Below, in pieces: positions 1 through 11,004 of a stretch of 64,000 nt of DNA. The position numbers and the translations under genes were made by a program. The stretch's first letter is position 1; every line of letters begins with the position of its first letter. The DNA is from Heteronotia binoei. Taxonomy: Eukaryota. The notes beneath the pieces were generated by a model. It had not been told where the DNA came from and made no database searches. It was given only the letters and a program-made list of their open reading frames with translations. The stretch is taken from assembly GCF_032191835.1 (NCBI RefSeq), contig NC_083243.1, positions 54,312,001-54,376,000 of the forward strand, given 5' to 3'.

Positions 1-1785
1 GGCCTCTCTGAGGGAATGCCTGAGAGGGTGGGCACACTTGGTTCTTGGGAGTGGGGGGAGAGGGCTATGAACCACCATGCTGCCCCCGCGTGGCTGGACA
101 GAGGAGGGGGGTTGCCGCCCCTCAGCCTGGCCGGGCTGACGGCCTACCTGACCCCACAGGGCTGTTGTGTGCAGGGCACAAAAGGGGGGCTGATGAAGTG
201 GATGCATGCCCAGTGGCTTGCACTCTGAGTTCTGTGGCCCCCGGGGGAGGTGTTCCATGCACATAGCAGGGGGTGTCAGGGAGACACAGGGGGTCTCTGG
301 GTAGGGGGGTGTCTGTTGGACTTGGTGGTCTGCTCACTTCCAGACATACATTCCAGCCACTGTCTATGGCAGTGAACTCCTGCACTTCTTGCTTCCTGTG
401 TGTCTGCACATGCCTCTGCCTGTCTGCCCATCTGCTTGCCATTGGAAGAGTCTCTGACAGCGGGAAGGCGTGAGGGGATTGACGGCCTCTCAGGCACAGG
501 CTTTCTACCCCCTCTCCTGGTCACATGCAACAGGCTGGCCAATCCCGTGGTCTGGCACGACCCTGTCCCTCCCCCCCACACCCGCTTTGGCAGCAGACCA
601 TGGCGACGGCTTCTCTCTCACTCGTCTGCCCGCACTCCCCTTTCCCGCCTGTGGCCGCCTACGCTAATTCTACACTCAAGCGCAGCTACAAGGCAGTTCT
701 CAGATCTGGGCTGTTATAGTCCACCCTATCCCAAGGAGGGCTCAGGGCAGATAACAACATTATAAAAACAATATGAATAACAATTAAAACATGTGAATAA
801 AATAAAAGACAATTCTATCATAGACAGTTTTAGATGTTGGCTCAGTTGGCACATGTTGTATAGCCTAAGAATCAGTTGGCACATGTTGTATGGACTACGA
901 ATCACTCCTACATTCTAAGAATCAGACACAGCAAAAGTAATTTAATATTATGACAGAGGTGGTACTACAGCATAGGGCCAGTCAATGGAGCAGAATGCCT
1001 GATAGTGTGGGACATCTGCTGCCTCAACTAAAGTTAAAGCAGTCCTATTAGTAGGTACCCATTCTCCTCTACCAGCACATGCACCATAGGCCTGGCTGCA
1101 GCTTCTTCCTTTTTCCCTCCTCCTAACATCAAAAAAAAAGAAATAATGGTCCAATACTGTAGCTCTGCTTAGTACCCAACCTTTCCTGATGCCAGGAATT
1201 GTTCTATAGTAAAAAAATTAGATTTCTGCTACCTTCCCCCCCATAAAAAATTATTTGCATCCAAGTTCAAGCACCTGCTGTTTTTTCTTTCTTCCCTGCA
1301 TCTACAGTTACTGGACAAAATCCTCTGTAAATTGGAAGATGTTGCAGAATAAAAGCATTCAATAATAAGTTCCAAGTTTACTCTCTCATGGATGTTTAGG
1401 TGCCACTTATCAGGAGCAGGGTCTTTTCTATGGTGGCTCCAAAACTTTTCACTTTCATTTGGAAACAAAAAAGTCTGAGATTTCTTCAGAGCCATATTCT
1501 CTTATTACAGTGGTTACTGGTTTTACTTTTCATATTTAATCATTAAAAATGTTAAATATACAAAAAAAACTCTAACATAACCACTTTTAAGCCACCTAGG
1601 CAACTTTATTGAAATCACTTATAGAAATGACATACAAAATATATATGGGGGATCCTGATGATGCTGGTTACTGGTTAGCCATACAAGGTTATTTTCCTAT
1701 AACCTCCTGTCAATAACCATACATGAGAGTCAAGAACATTGCAAGCTTTAGATGATTGTATAGCAGTATATTACGAGAACTCACA

Positions 1786-2200
1786 ATATAAGAACTCATG
1801 GACATTTACTGAAATTGCTGAGCAGTCGGGTTAGAATGGATAAAAGAAAGTACTTCTTCATCCAAACGGTGATTAACACATGGAATTCACTGCCACAGGA
1901 GGTGGTGGCAGCTACAAGCATAGATAGCTTCAAGAGGGGATTGGATAAACATATGGAGCAGGGGTCCATCAGTGGATATTAGCCACAGGGTATAGATGGA
2001 ACTTTCTGCCTGGGGCAGCGATGCTCTGTATTCTTGGTGGGGGGTTTTTGGGGGGGGGCAACAGTGGACCTCTAGTGTCTTCTAGTGTCCTGGCCCCTCA
2101 AGTGGACCTCCTGATGGCATCTGGTTTTTTGGCCACTGTGTGACAGGGTGTTGGACTGGATGGGTCATTGGCCTGATCCAACACAGCTTCTCTTATGTTC
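1786..2200 (+). mobile_element. CR1 LINE 3' fragment
   Basis: RT C-terminus (WNSLPQEVV-type) and 3' UTR ending in cttctcttatgttc. Confidence 0.85.
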
Positions 2201-2934
2201 ATAAGCACATTAACAATATGATTGTACAGAGGATTGCACAGTAAACAAATTAATAGGTTTTACAATAGGAAGTAGTCATGCATGGACCCATACAACATAA
2301 TTTAACGAAGAATTACCATAAAATAGAAGTGAAAATCAAAAAGTTGTAACAAGGGAGCAAAAGTAATTCTCATTCAAAATTGGCATTCTAAAAATTATAT
2401 GTGGTTAATATCTTGAAAATGCAAAGTAGCATAAACAATACCACAAGAAGCATATACAAAATTAAATGGTGTGCTACATTAAAAGCCTCAAGAAAGGATA
2501 ACAAACAGTATTTTTTCCCTGTCCAGTCTGTCACTAAAAGGCACCAAGTAACTCTAAGCAGCCTTCTGCTGCCATCTAGAGTTTATCAAGAAGTGGATCT
2601 TGTAATGACTCCACTATGAACTGCTCTTTATTATTTTGTGCATTAGTTATAGCATTTAATTTTTCATAAGAAACTTCATTTTTAATAAGAAGAGTCTTAA
2701 GATAATCTAGATATGTATTTCAGTTTCCTTCTGTGTTTGCAGCCCCAGGTTTCATGGTGAACAGACGGAAGAGAGACTTCTCACCCAGATAAATGACACA
2801 CAAAAGAAAAAGCCAACAGTTGTACAAAGACATATTGAGTAACATAACTACTTAAACAGCGCCGAGTCTTGTTACACCGCTCACAAGATAGCACAGCGAT
2901 ATCAACAGCTCTGGAAAACTTCCCCTAAAGCTAT

Positions 2935-3055
2935 ACAACCAACATACATAATCACATCCCCAGCTCCTTCAACCTTTCCTCATAGGACTTGGTCTTCTGA
3001 CCCCTCACCATCTTTGTCGCCCTCCTCTGGACCCATTCCACCTTGTCTATATCCT
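2935..3055 (-). mobile_element. CR1 RT fragment
   Basis: Reverse strand resembles the ERVQRRATKMVRGQKTKSYEERLKEL region. Confidence 0.65.
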
Positions 3056-3078
3056 AAAATATATTCCTAATATATTCC

Positions 3079-3100
3079 TGTGTGTGTGTGTGTGTGTGTG
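3079..3100. repeat. (TG)n microsatellite
   Basis: Direct observation. Confidence 0.95.
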
Positions 3101-4613
3101 TACACACACACAAAACAGAGACAGCCATCAACAGTGAACTTCTGGTCAGAAAATCTCCAGGGAAAAACTGATCTAATAAACAAGAGGCTGAACATCTATA
3201 GAAATGAGCCCAGAGTGTATTGCAGAAGGGAAAGAAGCATGAAAGAACTCAGAACAGATCTGACTGTTGGTGCAACTTACCAGCTGTCTTTCACAGACTG
3301 TTGGTGCAACTTCCTTCCTGCCCAGCTCCCTATAAGCCTGCATCTCAGAACTGATCTCCTCAGCTTGGAAACAATCAATTCCATGAGCCCGGCTGGACAG
3401 TTCCCCTTGTCCAGTGCTTAGCCTTAACGGTGTTTCACAACACCTTAAAGCTCTTCTTTTCTCCTTTCTCGCTCCTGTACCTTCCACTGCCAGCCAGAGT
3501 CACTTGCTTTCTAGAGCAACCTTCATCACTCCAGTTGCATCCCTGAGTCAGCTGGACCAGGGTACTGCCCTACCAAACTCTTTTAATTCTTTAAATACCA
3601 CCTGCCCCTTCCTTTAAGCTGATATGGAATACTGCATCACTAGAACAGGATTTGCAAAAGCACTGTATAAAAGATGAAATTCTGTTGGGAAAACTAAGCC
3701 TGATCATACTGAAGTGTTCTTAGTGACATCTATGTTTTTAGGAATAGGTGTCAACAAAGAAAGTTTTCTCTCATTGCTTAAGGCATTTATGTAGCTCAGC
3801 TCTAATATAGTCTGAGCCTTGATTTCATTCAAAAAACAGTGTTGGAAAATAACACTTACAACTGTAGAAAAATCAATGTCACTTATCTTGTTAATAGAAG
3901 ATTTCAAGGTCCAGAGTGTAGAGAGCCAAAGAAAAAAGAAAGAAGCCAGTGGCAGACCCTCTTGCCATTTAAAAATGGCGATCGGAACAAAGAGGTTAGA
4001 GGCAAGCAGGATCAGGGAGCAGCCACCTTCGCTGACACCCCCATTCTACCACTCGAGCCCCTTACCTTCTGGGACCCTTCCTGGGCCCCAGAATCGAGTC
4101 GTCCTTTGGGGGCGAGACCCCTCAACAGACCAATTTGGAAGCGGCTCTGGACATGTTGGTCCGAGCTGCTTCCAGCTTCGTGTCGCCGAAACCGGAACTC
4201 TTTGAGCCTTGATTTCAATCAATGGTATCAAGGAACTCAAAAAGCTTGTGGTCTAATGTTACCTGTGATGGTCGCCCACCTTATGTGTTATGCTCACTTT
4301 CCCTAACCTGTCCCTGCCTATATCAATAATTCGCAAATTTTTAACCTTGTGGAAACTACTCTCACACTGACTCAATCACAGAACCTTTGAATAACTACCA
4401 CAGAACTTCCATATTTTGTAAATAACTCTGGGGCATATAGTTCACAGGAGACATTCTTTGGCCTCCGTATCACCTTGAGCCTCCAAACACTGTATCCTGG
4501 TATACATCCAACATTTCTCTGAAGATGCATAGTGACCAGGAAGATTGGTAGCAATAGACAAGTGGTCTTTAGAGAAGATTGTCCTTAATAATCCTTTCAC
4601 TGAGGAACTACCC

Positions 4614-7600
4614 CTCTCTCGGCTTGGCTTCGCGAACGAAGATTTAAGAAGGGTGCAATAGTCCACGTCTGCTGCAGGCTCGCTGGTGGCTGACAAGACC
4701 AATGCGGGACAGGCAGGTCTGGCCACAGTGGCTGCAGGGAAAAGTCTGATTTAGGGTTGGTGCTGTAGCAGTGCGATTCTTCCTCAATCTCCTTTTGTCC
4801 TCAAGACCAGCTATGTGTGCGTTCTCAAAGGAAGAGACAGCCTGGTGGATGGTGTGCCTCCATGCTTTGCGATCTGAGGCTAGGTCAGACCACTGGTGAT
4901 GGTTGATGCGACAGGTGCCAAGGGATTTCTTCAAGGAGTCCTTGTACCTCTTCTTTGGTGCCCCTCTATTTCGATGGCTGGTGGAGAGTTCGCCATACAG
5001 GGCAATCTTGGGAAGGCGGTGGTTTTCCATCCTAGAAATATGCCCTGCCCAGCACAGCTGCGTCTTCAGCAGCAATGCCTCGATGCTGGTAACCTCCGCC
5101 CGCTTGAGAACTTCAGTGTTGGTCACAAAGTCACTCCAGTGGATGTTGAGGATGGTGCGAAGGCAGCGCTGATGAAAGCGCTCGAGGAGTCGCAGGTGAT
5201 GGCGGTATAAAACCCACGATTCGGAGCCGTAGATGAGGGTTGTCATCACAACCGCTTTGTAAACATTGATCTTTGTGCCTTTTTTCAGATGCTTGTTGCT
5301 CCACACTCTTTTGTGCAGTCGGCCAAAGGCACGGTTTGCCTTTGCCAGCCTGTTGTCAATCTCCTTGTCGATCTTGGCATCTGAGGAGATGATGCACCCC
5401 AGGTAGCTGAACTGCTGAACTGTCTTCAGAACTGATTCACCCACAGTGATGCAGGGAAGGTGATAATCTTCCTGGGGTGCAGGCTGGTGGAGAACTTCTG
5501 TCTTCTTCAGACTAACTTCTAGGCCGAATAGCTTGGCAGCCTCTGCAAAGCAGGACGTCATATGCTGCAGAGCTGATACCAAGTGGGAGACGAGTGCAGC
5601 ATCATCAGCAAACAGTAGCTCTCGGATGAGTTTTTCCATTGTCTTGGAGTGGGCCTTTAGTCGCCTCAGGTTGAACAGGCTGCCATCGGTGCGATAGCGG
5701 ATGTAGACACCATCATCATCATCTAGATCTACTGCAGCTCTTTGAAGCATCATGCTAAAGAAGATCGTAAAGAGAGTTGGCGCGAGAACGCAGCCTTGCT
5801 TTACACCTGTGCCTATTGGGAAGGGCTCCGAGAGGTTGTTGCAGTGTCTGACTTGGCCTCGCTGGTCTTCGTGTAGCTGGATGATCATGCTGAGGAACCT
5901 TGGGGGACATCCTAAACGTTCCAAGATTTGCCACAAGCCTTTCCTGCTAACGGTATCGAAAGCTTTGGTAAGGTCGACAAAAGTCACATACAGAGCCTTG
6001 TTCTGTTCCCTGCATTTCTCTTGGAGCTGCCTGAGAACAAATACCATGTCGGTGGTGCTCCTGTTAGCTCTGAAGCCGCACTGGCTCTCTGGGAGGAGTT
6101 CTTCTGCAATGGTGGGCACCAGTCTGTTCAGGAGTATTCTGGCAAGGATTTTGCCTGCAATGGAGAGCAGGGTTATCCCCCGGTAGTTGGAGCAGACTGA
6201 CTTTTCCCCTTTGTTCTTGTATAGGGTGATGATGATTGCATCGCGAAAGTCCTGTGGTAGTTTGCCTTGTTCCCAGCAGGTGACAAGTACTTTGTGAAGT
6301 GTGCTATGTAGTACTGTGCCCCCATGCTTCCAGATCTCTGGTGGGATTCCATCAACTCCCGCTGCCTTGCCACTTTTCAGTTGCTTGATGGCTTTAACAG
6401 TCTCTTCTAGGGTGGGGATCTCATCCAACTCTGTTTTCACTGGTTGAAGTGGGGTGAGGTGAATTGCTGAATCTTGAACTACGCGGTTGGCACTGAAGAG
6501 AACCTGAAAATACTCCGACCACCGGTTCAGTATGGATGCCTTGTCTGTGAGGAGCACTTGGCCGTCTACACTACGCAAGGGACTCTGAACCTGATATGAT
6601 GGACCATATACTGCCTTCAGGGCTTCGTAGAACCCTCTTAAATCACCAGTGTCTGCACACAGCTGGGTTCTCTCTGCAAGCTTGGTCCACCAATCGTTCT
6701 GAATGTCTCGAAGCTTGTGCTGGAGGTTGCTACATGCAGCGCGAAAGGTTGCTTTTTTCCCAGGACAGGAGGGCTGAGCAAGATGTGCTTGGTAGGCAGA
6801 TCTCTTTTTCGCCAGTAAACCTTGGATCTCTTGATTGTTCTCATCAAACCAGTCCTTGTTCTTCCTTGTGGAGAACCCGAGGACTTCTTCAGAGATCTGC
6901 AGGACGGTAGTTTTTAGGTGTTCCCAGAGTGCTTCTGGAGAAGGGTCTGTGGGGCAACTGGGGTCCTCAATTCTTGACTGGAGTTTTGCCTGGAAGGCAG
7001 CTTTAACTTCAGCTGACTGGAGACTGCCAACCTGAAACTTCCTCCGAGGGATACCTCCTCTCCTAAGTGTGGGTTTAAAGTGAAGACGGAGATTGCAGCG
7101 TACAAGACGATGATCCGTATGACATTCTGCACAGGGCATTACTCGGGTGTGTAAGACATCTCGAAGGTCTCTCTGGCGCACCAGAATGTAGTCGATAAGG
7201 TGCCAGTGCTTGGACCGTGGGTGCATCCAGGTTGTCTTCAGACTGTTCTTTTGCTGGAAGATAGTGTTGGTGATGGTGAGCTGGAGCTCCATGCAGAATT
7301 CTAGCAGGAGGCGCCCGTTGTCATTGCAGTTGCCAATGCCGTGTTTGCCAAGTACTCCTTTCCAGGCTTCCGAGTCTTTACCTACTCTGGCATTGAAGTC
7401 GCCAAGGATGATCACCTTGTCCTCTGTAGGGGTCTTCCGTACGAGGTTGCGTAGATCAGCATAGAACTTGTTCTTTTCTGCAGGATCTGCTTGAAGGGTT
7501 GGGGCATACACACTGAAGAATGTTGCATGCTGCTTGTTTTGAAGTGGGAGGCGCATGGACATGATGCGATCTGAGTGACCTGTTGGCAGGTTTTCCAGTT

Positions 7601-8279
7601 TGGAGGCAATGGAGTTCCTGACCATGAAGCCAACGCCAGAAAGGCGGCTCTCAACCTTTGACTTACCTGACCAGTACAGGGTATAGCCAGCACCGTGTTC
7701 TTGAAGACTACCTTCCTCAGGGAAACGGACCTCACTGAGAGCTGCTATGTCGATATTCAACCTGAGAAGTTCGTGGGCAACTAGAGCAGAGCGTCGTTCA
7801 GGGCGACCACTGTCTACTGTGTCAAGCATGGTTCTGATGTTCCAACACGCAAGCTTTAGTCTTTGCACACTTTGTGAGGCAGGTGCATGCCTTTTCTTTG
7901 TTGTTATTTTTTGACCGCAAGTAAGGATGCCCGTTGACCGCGGCTAGCCAACTGGGGGGGAGGAGACGAGCTTTGTTTAGGCCACCTTTTCTAGGCCCCT
8001 CTCCGTGTGGAGCAAGCAGTGCTGTCCCTAGATAAGGCTGCTTGGTCGTTCAGGGTGCTGCCGAAAAATGCTTTCGTCTCCGGTTAGCATCAGGCGACCA
8101 ATACCCTGAACCGCCTACATGCAGGATCGGGACTGCGGCTTCCAGTGGCACCTTCCACCTGCCGTTTCGCCCCTAGCCCATCGCTGCAGGACTTGATGTG
8201 TTGTGGGTTGTGTACGTGGGTATGCCCTTCAGGCCTGCGCAGAGGAATTTTTTAGGTGAAGCGCAGTGTGCGCGGTACT
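4614..8279 (-). mobile_element. Full-length RTE-clade non-LTR retrotransposon (AviRTE-like from memory)
   Basis: 10-bp TSD GGAACTACCC at 4604-4613 and 8280-8289; ~410-nt 5' leader; single intact ORF; short 3' UTR ending in a (GA)n tail. Confidence 0.93.
4644..7868 (-). CDS. RTE ORF, 1074 aa: AP endonuclease, reverse transcriptase and C-terminal Cys/His finger
   Basis: EN motifs WNIRT, ALSEVR, YAPT, LGDFNARVG, DYILV, TDHRLV. RT motifs YRGITLLS, QCGFR, FVDLTKAFDTV, GVKQGCVLAP, LFADD, YLG. C-terminal CSHC...HQRAC. Confidence 0.95.
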   Translation of the reverse strand: MQRLKLACWNIRTMLDTVDSGRPERRSALVAHELLRLNIDIAALSEVRFPEEGSLQEHGAGYTLYWSGKSKVESRLSGVGFMVRNSIASKLENLPTGHSDRIMSMRLPLQNKQHATFFSVYAPTLQADPAEKNKFYADLRNLVRKTPTEDKVIILGDFNARVGKDSEAWKGVLGKHGIGNCNDNGRLLLEFCMELQLTITNTIFQQKNSLKTTWMHPRSKHWHLIDYILVRQRDLRDVLHTRVMPCAECHTDHRLVRCNLRLHFKPTLRRGGIPRRKFQVGSLQSAEVKAAFQAKLQSRIEDPSCPTDPSPEALWEHLKTTVLQISEEVLGFSTRKNKDWFDENNQEIQGLLAKKRSAYQAHLAQPSCPGKKATFRAACSNLQHKLRDIQNDWWTKLAERTQLCADTGDLRGFYEALKAVYGPSYQVQSPLRSVDGQVLLTDKASILNRWSEYFQVLFSANRVVQDSAIHLTPLQPVKTELDEIPTLEETVKAIKQLKSGKAAGVDGIPPEIWKHGGTVLHSTLHKVLVTCWEQGKLPQDFRDAIIITLYKNKGEKSVCSNYRGITLLSIAGKILARILLNRLVPTIAEELLPESQCGFRANRSTTDMVFVLRQLQEKCREQNKALYVTFVDLTKAFDTVSRKGLWQILERLGCPPRFLSMIIQLHEDQRGQVRHCNNLSEPFPIGTGVKQGCVLAPTLFTIFFSMMLQRAAVDLDDDDGVYIRYRTDGSLFNLRRLKAHSKTMEKLIRELLFADDAALVSHLVSALQHMTSCFAEAAKLFGLEVSLKKTEVLHQPAPQEDYHLPCITVGESVLKTVQQFSYLGCIISSDAKIDKEIDNRLAKANRAFGRLHKRVWSNKHLKKGTKINVYKAVVMTTLIYGSESWVLYRHHLRLLERFHQRCLRTILNIHWSDFVTNTEVLKRAEVTSIEALLLKTQLCWAGHISRMENHRLPKIALYGELSTSHRNRGAPKKRYKDSLKKSLGTCRINHHQWSDLASDRKAWRHTIHQAVSSFENAHIAGLEDKRRLRKNRTATAPTLNQTFPCSHCGQTCLSRIGLVSHQRACSRRGLLHPS

Positions 8280-9104
8280 GGAACTACCCAGAACATAGGA
8301 AAAGGCAGTGGCCTAATCTGAGCCTAAATCACAGAGCCTGTTCTTTCATAATATATAAAAGTGCTTTCTGAAGAACTATACAAAGAGTGATAATGAGGTT
8401 CTGAAGGAACTTACTGTTGGATGGCCAGGATTATTAAGCCTTCCTCTAGTAATACTAAATGAACGTTCACATCTGCTACTATGAGAATTCATGCCATACT
8501 TCTATACTGCAGCACCAAGTCAAACTGTCCGGAGCAATAAGAAAATAACAAAAAAAAATTTCACAAAGGACTGCAGTCAGTGATGCTTACTGAAGATGCT
8601 GACCACATTAACAGAAATCTCTGGAATTTGAGGATTCTAACAACAGGTAAAGCAACAACTACATGCAACAATATACTGTATGCTTTGAAAGGTTATTTGT
8701 CTTCATGAGTTTATGACGTGACTACAGTGCACAATTCATAAGGCCTACCATCTACAACTTGGAGTAAGCAACCCAAGGGACCATCAAGCCAGAGTTTCCC
8801 TATTTGTTCCTACCTCAAGTGTGCTGTATGAGAAGGACAGGAAGAATCACTATCACCCTTTAGGAACATGAAGCCCAGGAAAGATTTTACATGCACAGGA
8901 AAATGTTTACATGCAATCAGAACAAAGTGAAATGTGTACTATTCACAATGCCTTTCGATAACTTATTCATATATATACTCACATGCCAAATACTAAATGT
9001 GTTATTATGCAGTAAAAATTTTCTGCAATGATTCTACCATAAAATTTAACTCCAAGTTACAACTTTTAAAACAGAATATATTCTAGCATCTATATAGTAC
9101 TTAC

Positions 9105-9188
9105 ATTCATCAAGCCCCAATTGATATGCCAGATTCTGCAGACCTCTGACCTTCTCCATTAGATTAGCCGTTGTGAGACTCCCCAGCT
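9105..9188 (-). CDS. LIN52: LIN52 exon 5 (ELGSLTTANLMEKVRGLQNLAYQLGLDE); final exon not seen in window
   Basis: 84 nt, ttttcag/gtaagt boundaries; lies within ORF 9046..9234. Confidence 0.97.
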
Positions 9189-10448
9189 CTGAAAACAAAA
9201 AGTATGGCTTAGGAGTATGTAATGAGACATGCAATGCAATCTTAAGTGAAGTTACACCCTTATAAGAACAATTACTTCAGTAGTCTTAGAAGAGTGCAAT
9301 TCTCTTTAGGATTGCACTGAAAGTTATTTAGCAACAATTTTCATGCTATATCCTTAATATCATCCTTACATGCAAACTTGTTTCTTTCACTGCCCAAATA
9401 TACCACCCCCTAAAAAAAAACCAAAAAAACCTTCACAGAACATTGCACAGGCTTAATTAAATGGATATATGTTTTGACACACTCTTCTTTAGATGTTAAT
9501 CCATAATTTTGGGAATAAATCTAGACAAAATACAGCACATCACATGAACAGAGTATCAGAATTTAACATGCATACTTCTCAGTCTAAATATTGTATGCAA
9601 TCTGATCTGAATTATGAGTAGTTTGAACAGCTCTTTCTGAAAAATCAAAACTTAACTTTGACACTGTAAACGGTAACAATAATGCTATCATAACAGTATA
9701 TAATTCCAGGTAGATCTGCCACTACCAAATGAGAGTAGAAATGGGGGGGAGAGCAAGCTCACACCTGGAAAAAGAAAGAGGAAAACAGAGGTAGGGGGAT
9801 CTTGAAAACAAAAAGCAGGGGTTCGATTGTTGTGATATAACCACTGTAACCGCCTTGAGGCTACTCGTAGAGGAGGGCAGGATATAAAACAAATCAATAA
9901 ATATGGATAGACTTTTCCTCTTCTGTAAGTTTCACAGATCCCCAACTTGTCTTATTTTAAGTTACTACTCTTTTCAAAGGCAGGCAGCTCCATGTTTTTT
10001 TTCAACCCAGCTGTTGGAAGCTTAATTTAGAAGTTCACTTTGGCTTAAGTGTAATTTATCTAGTATTTTTAGAAGAATTTTGAATGTCAAGTTTGAGAAG
10101 TCCTTCCATGAATGCTAACATCCATTCAAGGGTATGTGACGTGTACATCTCAATGAAATCAATCAACTCCAAAAGGCTTAGTGCAATGGCTTCACATTTC
10201 AGAACACTTCAGAGCACCACAATTACAGATTATTTAAATAGTCCTGTAAATTTCCTCACTAGGAGGTAGAATGCTACTTTGGGAAGGTAGGGAAATCCAG
10301 CAATAATTTCTACGGAAACAAAAGCAAAACAAAATCTTCATTTCTTTTGTAGTCTTTCAGTGACAAAAGCAAAACCAAATCTTCAACCTTTTGTGAATCT
10401 TTCAGACGTAAAAGAGGCCTTACTAATATCAGTTATGTGATGCATTTA

Positions 10449-10746
10449 AAGGTAAAGGCAGTCCCCTGTGCAAGCACCAGTTGTTTTCGACTCTGGTGTG
10501 ATGCTGCTTTCACAACATTTTCATGGCAGACTTTTTACGGGGTGGTTTGCCATTGCCTTCCCCAGTCATCTACACTTTCCCCCCAGCAAGCTGGGTACTC
10601 ATTTTACCAACCTTGGAAGGATGGAAGGCTGAGTCAACCTGGAGCCAGCAACCTGAACCAGCTTCCGCTGGGATTGAACTCAGGTAGTGAGCAGAGGGCT
10701 CAGCCTGCAGTACTGCAGCTTTACCACTCTGCGCCACAGGGCTCTT
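10449..10746 (-). mobile_element. Sauria SINE (Squam1), full length
   Basis: tRNA-like head, (ACCTTT)n tail, 11-bp TSD TGATGCATTTA at 10438 and 10747. Confidence 0.88.
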
Positions 10747-10786
10747 TGATGCATTTACTGAGTACGAACTAAAAGCAACAACTCAC

Positions 10787-10853
10787 CCTTCAACATATCG
10801 ATGTCATCATTTTCTAACTCAGCCATCCACTTGGGAGGAGAACTGGTGATGGG
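10787..10853 (-). CDS. LIN52: LIN52 exon 4 (PITSSPPKWMAELENDDIDMLK)
   Basis: 67 nt, aaatag/gtgagt boundaries; peptide matches LIN52. Confidence 0.96.
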
Positions 10854-11004
10854 CTATTTATTGAAAGGCAGACACAAAGAAAAAGTATGATGACCTATTG
10901 CTTGGATAAGCTTGGAATTATTAGATATAAAATGTGGCTCTTTAGCATATCCTAAGAAACCATTCTGCTCAGATATATTTATGTACCTTCTGAATAATAA
11001 TTGC

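Noticed and set aside
4896-7464. Several plus-strand ORFs of 66-144 aa
   Set aside because: They are antisense shadows of the intact RTE ORF.
8120-8279. Canonical HDV-like ribozyme at the RTE 5' end
   Set aside because: A GCAG/CTGC stem with a TCCCGATC loop resembles P3/L3, but I could not place P1, P4 and J4/2 in the required order.
4460-8500. Endogenous bornavirus N (LYPGIHPTFL resembling LIPGLHAAFV; a later W...EFM)
   Set aside because: The motifs are in different frames and about 83 codons apart, versus roughly 118 as I recall for the viral protein. This is too weak to claim.
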